From Bacteroidota bacterium (lineage in GTDB: Bacteria > Bacteroidota > Bacteroidia > Flavobacteriales_D > Parvicellaceae): a DNA stretch of 64,000 nucleotides. The stretch's first letter is position 1. The number at the start of each line of letters is the position of its first letter. Shown here one piece after another: positions 8,925 through 18,306 of this stretch. Location of the stretch: the NCBI GenBank assembly GCA_036123135.1, contig JAZADZ010000102.1, forward strand, positions 7,767-71,766, in the 5' to 3' direction. Under the pieces are notes generated by a model. It ran no database searches and was not told the DNA's origin. It saw nothing but the letters and a program-made list of their open reading frames with translations. A program made the translations under genes and the position numbers.

Positions 8925-10175
8925 GTGATTTTAAAGCATAATTTACTCAAAACGCTTGGTCCTGGAATTCTTTTCGCAAGCACTGCAATTGGTGTATCTC
9001 ATCTAGTTCAATCAACAAGAGCAGGAGCAGATTATTCTTTTGGATTGTTGATTGCAATTGTTCTCGCAAATGTACTGAAGTACCCTTTTTTCGAATATGG
9101 TTCAAGATATGCCAATGATACAAAAACAAGTCTCATTGACGGATATATGAAAATTGGAAAGTGGATGTTGGCGCTCTACTTTATCCTTACAGTTGGAACA
9201 ATGTTTTTTGTCACTGCCGCTGTAGGTATGGTTACTGCAGGTTTTATGGAAAATCTTTTTGGTATTCAAATTCCAATGCTAATGACCACTATTCTATTTT
9301 TGCTCTGTCTTACAATTTTAGTTGTTGGGAAATACAGCGTTTTAGACAGTTTGATTAAAATCGTAGGTGCAGTTTTGTTATTATCCACAGTAGTTGCATT
9401 CATACTTACTTTAATTCATGGTCCTGTTAATGAACAAGCTTTTTCTCTTACTTCAGGTTTTTGGACCAATAAAAAAGACATTGGCTTCTTAATAGCTCTA
9501 ATGGGTTGGATGCCTACTGCAATTGACCTATCCACTTGGAATAGTTTGTGGACTCTGGAAAGAATAAAACAAACTAAGTACACTCCAACTATGAAAGAAA
9601 CCCTATTTGATTTTAACCTTGGATATATTCTATCAGCCGTTTTATCAATATGTTTTGTAACTCTAGGAGCTTATATCATTTATGGTAGCGATGTTCCCAT
9701 TTCCAATAATAAGGCGGAATTTGCCAATGATGTTGTCAACCTCTACTCCTACACCATAGGCAGCTGGAGCTACTTCATAATTGCTGCAGCGGCATTTTCG
9801 ATAATGTTTGGAACCTGCATCGCTGTTTTTGATGGCTATGCAAGAAGTTTAAACAGAAGTATTGAACTGTTATTTTTAAATGAATCAATAAGAAATAATG
9901 CGAAAAAAACTCAATTAATCACACTAACTATACTTTCTTTGGGAGCTTTTCTAATCATACTTTATTTTAGCAATAATCCAACTGGATTTAAAAAGCTGAT
10001 TGACTTGGCTACCACCCTATCTTTCTTAGTTGCACCCTTAGTTGCAATAGTCAATTTTAAATTAGTAATGCAATACATTTCCAAAAAGAATCGTCCGAAA
10101 CCTTGGCTGCAAATTTTAAGCTATTTGGGAATAATTTTTTTAGTTGGGTTCAGCATTTACTTTTTTACAATTTAA
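8925..10175 (+). CDS. Nramp-family divalent metal (Mn2+/Fe2+) transporter
   Basis: N-terminus LGPGILFASTAIGVSHLVQSTRAGADYSFGLL matches the Nramp consensus. About 11 hydrophobic helices. Confidence 0.75.
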   Translation: MILKHNLLKTLGPGILFASTAIGVSHLVQSTRAGADYSFGLLIAIVLANVLKYPFFEYGSRYANDTKTSLIDGYMKIGKWMLALYFILTVGTMFFVTAAVGMVTAGFMENLFGIQIPMLMTTILFLLCLTILVVGKYSVLDSLIKIVGAVLLLSTVVAFILTLIHGPVNEQAFSLTSGFWTNKKDIGFLIALMGWMPTAIDLSTWNSLWTLERIKQTKYTPTMKETLFDFNLGYILSAVLSICFVTLGAYIIYGSDVPISNNKAEFANDVVNLYSYTIGSWSYFIIAAAAFSIMFGTCIAVFDGYARSLNRSIELLFLNESIRNNAKKTQLITLTILSLGAFLIILYFSNNPTGFKKLIDLATTLSFLVAPLVAIVNFKLVMQYISKKNRPKPWLQILSYLGIIFLVGFSIYFFTI

Positions 10176-12082
10176 TCATTGTATATTTAACTTTTATTAA
10201 CTACAACCGTACCTTGAGATACCCAATTACACTTAGTATATTATTCATTTCTGTCAGCTTTTTCCCCCAGAAGAAAATTAAATTAAGTTCAATTGCTTAC
10301 AGTACTGTCAATCCTGTTCAATTACAAGACATATGGGAGATTAATCTTCAAAGTAAGGAAATGCCCAATCCTGACGGTAATTCTGAAAAAGATCAACTGC
10401 TCAGATTAAAAAATAAGTTAGCTCTTGTGTATCCAAGAAAAAATACTGGTAATAAGTCAATAATTAGCAATGACTCAATTATACAAGATCTAATTATTGA
10501 AGAGGGCTTTGATGGTAATCCATATAACAACAGAGTTCCCAATGATAATACATTAGCCATATCCAAGGATGGAATTTTGATTTTAGGAATCAACTCTAGG
10601 TATTTATTCTACGATACAAATGACGACTCTTTCCTTGGAGCGGGAAGCCTTCATTTATTTACCACTGGTTTTCCGCAATTTAATACCGTTAGCAAATACG
10701 ATCCAAAATTCATTTATGATCCAAATGAAGACCGATTTATAATCACTTTTCTAATCGGAACATCGCATCAAAATAGTAATATTTGTGTAGCTTTTTCCTC
10801 CACCAACGATCCCTCCGATGATTGGAACGTTTATCTCTTGAGTGGTGATCCACTTGAAACTGAACATTGGACAGACTATCCTGCAATTTCACTTTCGGAG
10901 GACGAACTATTCATCACAGGAAATCTATTGGCGAATGGAGTTAGCTGGCAGCTTGGATTTCAACAATCATTAATCTGGCAAATAGATAAATTCGATGGAT
11001 ACAACGGAGAAACAGATTTAGATTTTCAAGTCTGGAGTGACATTAAAGACGATACTATTTCTGTAAGAAATATTCATCCTGTTAGAGGAGCTAGAGCCCT
11101 AAGAGGACCCAACCAATTTCTACTGAGCAACAAAAACTTTTCAGCTGAAAGTGACACTGTTTATCTCATAGAAATAACTAATACACTTAATAGTGGAAAC
11201 GCACAATTAAACCTTACAAAACTTTCTTTGGAAGAGCACTACTTTTTAAGTCCTAATGGAAAACAGTCAATTGCAAAAGAACTTTCAACCAATGATTCTA
11301 GAATGCTTGGTGCTATTGTCGATGACAATTGGATTCAGTATGTACATCATTCAATGGATACTGCATATGGAACTTCTGGTATTTTCCATGGCATTATAGA
11401 AAATTATTCAACTGAACCGGTAATTAGCGGTAAAATTATTTCGGACAGTATCATGGATTATGGGTATCCAAATATCGCTTCTACTGGAATAAATCCAAAT
11501 GAAAAGGAATGTGTTATTGGCTTTAATTACACTTCCCCAGTAGATACTAATGGTGTTGCTTGTTGTTATATGGATAACTCTTCAAACTACAGCGATAGAA
11601 TAATACTCAAAAGAGGAGATGCTCCCATAAATTCATTCGTCTCAGGTTCAATCGACAGATGGGGAGATTATTTTGGAATTCAGCGAATGTACAGCGAACC
11701 GTGTAAAGTATGGATGTCCGGAATGTATGGTAAAATTAGCAGTAACGCGAGTTGGGTTAGTAAGGTCGCTGTCTCAGATACTTGTAGAAATCCAGATCCA
11801 ATTGTTTCCTTTGATCCTCCATACAACAACGGAACACTTTTTCCTAACCCTGCCGTTGACTGGATGATTTACGATTTTTCTGTTGATGAAATACAAATGG
11901 TTTCTATAGGACTTTTTGACATTAAAGGAAAACTCATCAAAGTTCTTTTCGAAGATGCAATTAGCGCTGGTGAAAATAGACTAACATTCAATACATTCTT
12001 TCTAGAAAAGGGGATGTATATTCTTAGGGTAACTTCAGGAAATAAGATTTTATCTTCAAAGAAATTCGTAAAAGCTTACTAA
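10103..12082 (+). CDS. Secreted hypothetical protein with T9SS C-terminal sorting domain
   Basis: C-terminus FPNPAVDWMIYDFSV...GMYILRVTSGNKILSSKKFVKAY is Por/T9SS CTD-like. The track start (TTG 10103) overlaps the Nramp gene. TTG at 10214 would give MRYPITLSILFISVSFF, a better signal peptide. Confidence 0.6.
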   Translation: MAANFKLFGNNFFSWVQHLLFYNLIIVYLTFINYNRTLRYPITLSILFISVSFFPQKKIKLSSIAYSTVNPVQLQDIWEINLQSKEMPNPDGNSEKDQLLRLKNKLALVYPRKNTGNKSIISNDSIIQDLIIEEGFDGNPYNNRVPNDNTLAISKDGILILGINSRYLFYDTNDDSFLGAGSLHLFTTGFPQFNTVSKYDPKFIYDPNEDRFIITFLIGTSHQNSNICVAFSSTNDPSDDWNVYLLSGDPLETEHWTDYPAISLSEDELFITGNLLANGVSWQLGFQQSLIWQIDKFDGYNGETDLDFQVWSDIKDDTISVRNIHPVRGARALRGPNQFLLSNKNFSAESDTVYLIEITNTLNSGNAQLNLTKLSLEEHYFLSPNGKQSIAKELSTNDSRMLGAIVDDNWIQYVHHSMDTAYGTSGIFHGIIENYSTEPVISGKIISDSIMDYGYPNIASTGINPNEKECVIGFNYTSPVDTNGVACCYMDNSSNYSDRIILKRGDAPINSFVSGSIDRWGDYFGIQRMYSEPCKVWMSGMYGKISSNASWVSKVAVSDTCRNPDPIVSFDPPYNNGTLFPNPAVDWMIYDFSVDEIQMVSIGLFDIKGKLIKVLFEDAISAGENRLTFNTFFLEKGMYILRVTSGNKILSSKKFVKAY

Positions 12083-12103
12083 TATCAATCCAACAACTTG
12101 GAT

Positions 12104-12889
12104 TTAGCGAACTAGTTTGGGAAAGAAATTAGAAAAATATGCTGCAGATTTTTGTAGTCTAGATCCGTACCAAGAAAAAAATTCTCCATTTACCAAAACA
12201 ACTTCAGCTTTCGGACAAATTTCTTTGTAAAAATCAATGTGTTTTTGTTTGAACGGAAAAGGTTCTGAAGAAAGTAAAATAAGAGAGGGATTCGCATATT
12301 TTAATTGGTTTTTGGTAATTTTTGGATATTCATTTTCAGCATCTGCGAAAACATTGACCAATCCTATTCTCTGCAACATGTCATGAATAAAACGTGTATT
12401 GTTTACCGTCATAATAGGCTTATTCCAAATAATGTAAGCGGCCGAAGTTCTCAACAGCTGTGGTAAATTATTAAAACTAGCCTCGATTTTTTTAGAAATG
12501 GTTGTCGCCTTTTTAGTGCTATTAGTAAGTTTACCAATTGAATCAATCATTGTTAAAGCATCCTCTAAATTTCTAATATCACTTACCCAAACAGGGTAAT
12601 GGTTCATGAGCTGTTGGACTTCTTCTTTAGTATTTTCTTCTTTGTTGGCAATAATTAAGTCAGGACGAAGGTTTTCAATCACATCAAAATTGATTTTTTT
12701 TGTCCCTCCTACTCTTTTTTTTTCGTTGAACCATATCTCTGGATGTATACAAAATTTAGTGATTCCTACCACTTTTTCTGAGAGACCTAAATCATACAAC
12801 AGTTCTGTTTGAGAAGGAACTAAAGAGATGATTCTCTTAGGAAATTTCTCAAGGGAAATTTTTCTACCTAGCTGATCAGTAAATAGCAT
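12104..12889 (-). CDS. Periplasmic-binding-protein-like (BtuF/TroA-type, cobalamin/siderophore-binding fold) protein
   Basis: RIISLVPSQTELLYDLGL..VVGIT...PDLIIAN pattern typical of PF01497-type binding proteins. No N-terminal signal peptide is visible. Confidence 0.55.
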   Translation of the reverse strand: MLFTDQLGRKISLEKFPKRIISLVPSQTELLYDLGLSEKVVGITKFCIHPEIWFNEKKRVGGTKKINFDVIENLRPDLIIANKEENTKEEVQQLMNHYPVWVSDIRNLEDALTMIDSIGKLTNSTKKATTISKKIEASFNNLPQLLRTSAAYIIWNKPIMTVNNTRFIHDMLQRIGLVNVFADAENEYPKITKNQLKYANPSLILLSSEPFPFKQKHIDFYKEICPKAEVVLVNGEFFSWYGSRLQKSAAYFSNFFPKLVR

Positions 12890-12898
12890 AGTGAAAAA

Positions 12899-15800
12899 TC
12901 AATTGGTCTCAGAATCCCAAATGTATTCAGAAATGACAAGATTGTTTTTAAAGTAATAAGAACCCCATTTAGAAGTCACTTTCTTGTACTCGTCTCCATG
13001 ACTTCCTCTAACAACGATTCGAATAATAGTTACCTCAATCACATCTCCCCTAGTATTTTTACGCTGATACATTTTTTCAGTAATACCCTCCGGATATTCA
13101 AGAGCAAGTTGTTGTTTGTATTTTTCTGATTCGGCTTTTGGGTCAAATGCCTTGTATAAATCTAATTCACTATTGGACTGATAGTCGTTCAAAATGTCTT
13201 GTTCATATGCATTCTTTGAATTGTCAGAATTCATGTCCTGTAAAGCTTCTAATTCAGAAGATTTCATCTCTCTAGAAATATCTTTTTCCATACGTTCAGC
13301 ATAACGTTGGTTGTCTAGGGTTTCCTTAGAAGTGTACTGATTATAGGATTTATCTGCTCCAATTTCTGACCACACCGATTGAACATTAGACTCTTTATCC
13401 AAGTAACGATCCAGTTCAGGGATAACTTCCTGTCGCTGAACATCTGCATTTTGAGCAAATTCAGAGATACGATTGTCAAGGTTTTCTTTTGATTCAAAAT
13501 TTGAATAGGTCGTATTTTGACTATTTTGCTCGATTATGGATAAATCATTGGAAACAACATCTTTATAATTTTCAAGTTTAGGAATTGTTTCTTGTCTATT
13601 TTCGTCTGCCTCAGAAGAAAGAGTTGAAATGCGCTGATCTAATGCCTCCTTAGAATCATAATTTGAATATGTAACCACTTTAAATTGATCTGTAATAACC
13701 TCATTTGACATGGATAATTCGTCTTTGTAAATGTCGATTTGAGGAACAGTATTTTGCCTGATTTTATCTTTCTCCACTTCCATGGATGTTCGATTTTCAG
13801 TCATTAAGTCCATGGTTGTATTGTTGTCATAGGTCTGGTCTTTTCCAGATTGAGCTCTTATTTCATCAACAGAATACATGTTGTCTTTGTAAAACTCGGT
13901 ATTGGGAATATTATTTTGTTGTCTTATTAGATCAGCATCTTGAGAGTTCAATGCCTTTTCTGAAATCATCTGCTCGTTGGATACCGCATTGTCGTAAGCA
14001 GACTGTTTTCCATAGCTGATTCTTTGATCTAAAGCTTGTGACTCCATTTCTTTAAAGTGATCAATTTGAGGAATGTTATCCAAACGGATGTTGTCATCGC
14101 CAATTTGACTGTTTAAACGTTCATCATCAATGATATCCAATTGCTTGTAACGGTTATCAGTTTCTGCTCGTTGTTGATCAAGTTTTTGTTCGTTTGCACT
14201 GATGAGCTCATCTTTCTCATTAACCATCCTTTTTTGAAGATAATCGTTGTCATCAACCCTGTTCTTATGAATGAGCTGATCAATTTGACTTTCACTGTAC
14301 TGGCCAGTAACTTCCTCACCATACAAGACTTGGTAATTGTCTACAAAATCGGTTGGTAAGTCTTTATTGGCTGTTTTGGAGAGCTTTCTTGCTGCAATAG
14401 CGTCAAGAATATCATTAATGGCTCTAATTTTTTCTGCTGGATAAGGAGCTTCTGGACGAATACTTAAGGCATCTTGAAACTTACGAAGAGCCAATTTATA
14501 CTTTTTATTTTCAAGAGCAGCATTACCTAATTTTATGTGGGTATTGAATAATTCTGTTTTTTTCTGCTTATTTAACGCTGAGGATCTTGCATCTTCTGCT
14601 TTCAAAATTTGAGCTGGAGGATATGGATCGGTAGGCTTTATTCCACGAGCTCTCTTATACAGCTCAATGGCTTTAGCATAATTTTCTTGTGCAAACTGAT
14701 TGTCAGCAACTTCAATTATTTTTACATATTGTGTTTCGACTTCCTCATTTGCAAGCTCTCCCATTTTATTGTTTATCCAATCGATTTGTTCTTGAGGATA
14801 GCTTTCAGTGTTTTTCACATCAAATGCCTGCTTGTAATAAGATTTTGCTTTTACCCATTGTTGACTGTCTCTTGAACCATCAGCCAGTCTTATTAGATTA
14901 TCGTACTTTTCTTGTTGGGCTTTTTGATTTTGTTCGAGAAGCTTATTTTCAGCCATTTCACGGATTAATTTCTCGATTTCATTAATTCTTTGAACAGGAT
15001 ATCCATCTTCGGGATTCATTCTTTTGGCTCTTTCGTACAACTCTTTTGATTTCGCATATGATTTGGATGTAAATTGATTGTCGGCTGCATCCAAAAGTTT
15101 TTGATATTGAGCTTTAAACTCATTCTCAGTTTCTTTTTTCATCTGCTCATTGATCCAATTGATTTGATCTTGTGGATAGGTTGGTTTAGAATCGATAGCG
15201 TTGGCTTTCCTGTAAAGGTCTTTTGCAGAACTCCAGTTCTTTGCATCTCTTGCAGCATCCGCAGATGAAATAACTTGATCGTATTGAGATTTAAGGGCAT
15301 TTTCAGCTTCAATTTCGGCTAACTTTTTATCAATTTTGGACAATTGCTGTTTCGGATAATACTCATCTTGAAAGAGCTGTAATGCAGCTTCAAAGGTTAC
15401 TTTCGCTTCGCTATACTTGTTAGTTGAATATTCATTATCACCCTTTGCAATAAGTTCATCGTATTGTTTCTTTTTTTGAGCAAATTGAGCTTGCTGGTCC
15501 TTAATTTTCTTTAACTCCTGTTCAATTAAAGCAATTTGTTTCTTCGGATACTCTCTATCAAAAAATGAAATAGCTTGATTGTAAGCATCAAATGATTCCT
15601 GCCATTTTTTAGCACTAAAAAAATTATCACCCTGAGCAATGGCAGTTTTGTATTGGTTTTCAAAATCTTCATTTTGTGATATCAATCTTCGTATCTCACG
15701 AATTTTTTCTATAGGATATGCTTCAGTTGGAAAGATTTTTTTAGCTTCTTCAAATTTTTGTAATGAAACAGTATAATTTTTCTCCGAAAAAAGTTGATCG

Positions 15801-17989
15801 CCAGCATCAATAAATTGTTGATATGTATTCTGTTTTTCGAGTCTGTTGAATTCTTCGATTTTAGAATTAATTAACTCAATTTGTTTCTTTGGATACGTTT
15901 TTTCAGAAAAAATAGATAGTGCATTTTGATAATCTTCTTTGGATTTACTCCACTCTTTTGCATCTCTAAGCTGATCTGCACTCGAAATAAAAGAATCGTA
16001 CTTGGATTGTTTGTCAGCTAGATCCTGAGATTCCTTTAGTTTCTGTTTTGCACGATCAATTTTTCTTAAAACTGACTCATTTTCTGGAAAAATAGCCTTG
16101 GCCTGATTGTAATAATCAATTGACTTTTCATAATTCAATTTGGAAAACTCAGCATCACCATCAGAAATTAATTTGTTGAAATCTGCAATTTTAGCATCCT
16201 CAATTTTCTTTTGCTCTTGCTCTTTTATGATTTCTTGTTCTATTTTAGAAAGCTGCTCTTTGGGATGTGTTTCGTTAGGATAAATGGCGAGAGCACTGTT
16301 GTAAATTCTGCTTGACTCTTTCCAGTTTTTATTAGAAAAATATTCATCTGCTGAGGAAATTAATTTATCATACTGGGTTTTTCTTGCAAGTTTATCTCTT
16401 TCAATTTGAGCAATTTTCGCGTTTATCTGCTCAATTTTCTGCTGTGGATATTTTTCATTGGGCAAAATGATGAGAGATTGAGAGTAAATATCTTTAGAAT
16501 TTTCCCATTCTTCTTTATAAAAAGCATCATCTGCTTTAACAATAAGCTCATCAAATTTTCTTTTATTTTCTTCTTGTTGAATTCTATTGTCCTCAATCTC
16601 TTTGAGCTTTGCAGCAATGGCAATTAGTTGATCATTGGGGTACTGCTCATTGGATTTTATTTTAAGTGCCTGTTGGTATTCATTTTTAGCCTCATTGTAC
16701 AATGCGTCGTTGAAAAATTTATCCGCCTTTGAAATTATGCTATTGTATTGGTTGTCTAACTGTGCCAACCGTTCAGCTTCAGCTTTTAATTCTTGAGCTT
16801 TTTTAATTTGTTGCTTAGGAAGTTGCTCTAATGGTTTTATTTGAAGAGCGGCATTGTATTTAACAATAGCCTTGTCGTAATCTTTAGAAGTCAATGACTC
16901 TTCACCCTCTTTTATTAAGTTGGCGTAATTTTCTTCTGCAGATTTTTCATTTGCAACAATACCATCAATCTGAATTATCCTGTCTTTCGGATCTCGCTCG
17001 CTTGGTTTAATATCGGAGGCCTCTTGGTAAAGCTTTTTTGCTATATCCCAAGTTTTTTGATCAAATGCTTTTTTAGCCTCAGCCATTTTGGCTTGATATT
17101 TTTTATTGATTTCTGCATTGGCTAGCTCTTGCTTTTTATTTTCAGCTTCTTCAATCTTAGTGTAAGGAAGACGATCGCCAGGCTTAATCTCCTTAGCTTC
17201 GTTAAAGATGCCTATGGCCTCGTCAAATTTTTGAGACAATATTAAATTCTCACCTTTCTGAATTAATGCAAGAAATTCAGCATCTTTCTCTTTGTCCTTT
17301 TCCAATTGAGCAATTTTATCCTCAGCATCCTTAATTTTTTGTACAACAGCAGGTGAGGATTTAATCTTTAATGCTTCTTTGTATTTTAAAATAGCAATGC
17401 TGTAGTTTGTTTTGGTAAAAGCCAAATTACCCTCCTTCACCATTTTATTAAACAGCTCCTCTTGTTGTCTTGCATTTTCAGCAACAGATTTGATGTAACT
17501 TTCAATTTCTTTCTTTCGCTGATTTACATAATTAAAATCCCAGTCAAGCTTGCTGTCTGTTGGATTGATTCTTGCCTTTCCGACAGGTCTATCGGTAACT
17601 ATTGAATAATCAACATCTGATTGTTTTTTAAACAATTGAACACTCGACTCAATGTAGGATTTCTTTTCAACTTCCTCAGGATAGTACCCTTTTTTAGTAT
17701 CAAGTAATAATGTTTTTGAAACATATCCAGACTTACTGAAAGTAAGCTCATAAATGTGACCAAAATCACATTTAATTTCTTTGTATTTTCCGTTTGAAGC
17801 TGTTGTTTCAGTTTTAATGACCGAGCCATCTTGCTTAACAGAAATTTTAGCACCTTCAATTTTAATTCCAGAAACATCCGAAACTTTTCCTTCAAAAATT
17901 AGGATAGGATCATCCTGACCAAAAATTAAAACTGGCAAAAGCAGTAAAACTGCAATGATAACAGATGAACTAGTTTTATAATACATCAT
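12899..17989 (-). CDS. Giant (1696 aa) secreted repeat protein: signal peptide, CarbopepD_reg-like domain, 17 TPR-like units, 5 units of a second repeat, compact C-terminal domain
   Basis: One uninterrupted ORF. Signal peptide AVLLLLPVLIFGQ; N-terminal FEGKVSDVSGIKIEGAKISVKQDG beta-sandwich-like start. The repeat structure was read from the translation. Confidence 0.8.
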   Translation of the reverse strand: MMYYKTSSSVIIAVLLLLPVLIFGQDDPILIFEGKVSDVSGIKIEGAKISVKQDGSVIKTETTASNGKYKEIKCDFGHIYELTFSKSGYVSKTLLLDTKKGYYPEEVEKKSYIESSVQLFKKQSDVDYSIVTDRPVGKARINPTDSKLDWDFNYVNQRKKEIESYIKSVAENARQQEELFNKMVKEGNLAFTKTNYSIAILKYKEALKIKSSPAVVQKIKDAEDKIAQLEKDKEKDAEFLALIQKGENLILSQKFDEAIGIFNEAKEIKPGDRLPYTKIEEAENKKQELANAEINKKYQAKMAEAKKAFDQKTWDIAKKLYQEASDIKPSERDPKDRIIQIDGIVANEKSAEENYANLIKEGEESLTSKDYDKAIVKYNAALQIKPLEQLPKQQIKKAQELKAEAERLAQLDNQYNSIISKADKFFNDALYNEAKNEYQQALKIKSNEQYPNDQLIAIAAKLKEIEDNRIQQEENKRKFDELIVKADDAFYKEEWENSKDIYSQSLIILPNEKYPQQKIEQINAKIAQIERDKLARKTQYDKLISSADEYFSNKNWKESSRIYNSALAIYPNETHPKEQLSKIEQEIIKEQEQKKIEDAKIADFNKLISDGDAEFSKLNYEKSIDYYNQAKAIFPENESVLRKIDRAKQKLKESQDLADKQSKYDSFISSADQLRDAKEWSKSKEDYQNALSIFSEKTYPKKQIELINSKIEEFNRLEKQNTYQQFIDAGDQLFSEKNYTVSLQKFEEAKKIFPTEAYPIEKIREIRRLISQNEDFENQYKTAIAQGDNFFSAKKWQESFDAYNQAISFFDREYPKKQIALIEQELKKIKDQQAQFAQKKKQYDELIAKGDNEYSTNKYSEAKVTFEAALQLFQDEYYPKQQLSKIDKKLAEIEAENALKSQYDQVISSADAARDAKNWSSAKDLYRKANAIDSKPTYPQDQINWINEQMKKETENEFKAQYQKLLDAADNQFTSKSYAKSKELYERAKRMNPEDGYPVQRINEIEKLIREMAENKLLEQNQKAQQEKYDNLIRLADGSRDSQQWVKAKSYYKQAFDVKNTESYPQEQIDWINNKMGELANEEVETQYVKIIEVADNQFAQENYAKAIELYKRARGIKPTDPYPPAQILKAEDARSSALNKQKKTELFNTHIKLGNAALENKKYKLALRKFQDALSIRPEAPYPAEKIRAINDILDAIAARKLSKTANKDLPTDFVDNYQVLYGEEVTGQYSESQIDQLIHKNRVDDNDYLQKRMVNEKDELISANEQKLDQQRAETDNRYKQLDIIDDERLNSQIGDDNIRLDNIPQIDHFKEMESQALDQRISYGKQSAYDNAVSNEQMISEKALNSQDADLIRQQNNIPNTEFYKDNMYSVDEIRAQSGKDQTYDNNTTMDLMTENRTSMEVEKDKIRQNTVPQIDIYKDELSMSNEVITDQFKVVTYSNYDSKEALDQRISTLSSEADENRQETIPKLENYKDVVSNDLSIIEQNSQNTTYSNFESKENLDNRISEFAQNADVQRQEVIPELDRYLDKESNVQSVWSEIGADKSYNQYTSKETLDNQRYAERMEKDISREMKSSELEALQDMNSDNSKNAYEQDILNDYQSNSELDLYKAFDPKAESEKYKQQLALEYPEGITEKMYQRKNTRGDVIEVTIIRIVVRGSHGDEYKKVTSKWGSYYFKNNLVISEYIWDSETN
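13274..14089 (-). repeat. 5 tandem units of about 54 aa of a second repeat family (IRQxxIPxxxxYKD ... TYSN(Y/F)xSKExLDxRIS)
   Basis: aa 1301-1572 of the giant protein, read from the translation. Confidence 0.6.
14384..17455 (-). repeat. 17 tandem protein-level units of 55-67 aa, consensus Y-x-x-L-I-x-x-(A/G)-D-x-x-F-x-x-x-x-(Y/W)-x-x-(A/S)-x-x-x-Y-x-x-A-x-x-I-x-P-x-E-x-YP-x-x-Q-I-x-x-I
   Basis: I delimited the units by hand as aa 179-1202. Units 13+14 resemble units 15+16 pairwise, suggesting a two-unit super-repeat duplication. Confidence 0.7.
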
Positions 17990-18226
17990 TCAATAATCTA
18001 AGGCAAATATCAGCTATTTTGTTGATAATTAACCATATTTAAATCAAACCTTTAAACGTGGAAATTAACATTTCGTTACCAATTTTACTTTTTAGGGTTT
18101 AAAATCAAAAAAAATGTTAAAATATGAATTGAAATGTACCATTTCTAAAAATTCTCGTTATTACTATATAACTGGTTAATTAGTACTTGTACTATCTCGG
18201 AAAACTGGTTATTTCTGTAAGGTGGT

Positions 18227-18265
18227 GAATACCGCTTCTCTGTTTGAGTGGCGGTATTCTTTTTT
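18227..18265 (+). terminator. Strong intrinsic-terminator-like hairpin (gaataccgc / gcggtattc, 9 bp) followed by TTTTTT on the + strand
   Basis: Read directly in the sequence. It lies between two minus-strand genes, so it has no annotated + strand gene to terminate. Confidence 0.55.
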
Positions 18266-18306
18266 AAATATAACTATGTTGCACATTAATTCCAATACTA
18301 TTCAAT

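Noticed and set aside
14384-17455. Regularly spaced repeats, considered as a CRISPR array or DNA-level tandem repeat
   Set aside because: The periodicity of about 180 nt is at the protein level only. The units are diverged in nucleotide sequence, lie in one intact ORF, and have no short identical direct repeats with unique spacers.
13315-17895. About a dozen 60-98-aa ORFs on both strands inside the 1696-aa gene
   Set aside because: All are embedded in a long, repeat-structured ORF. Their sequences are low-complexity and typical of alternative-frame translation of Lys/Glu/Ile-rich coding DNA.
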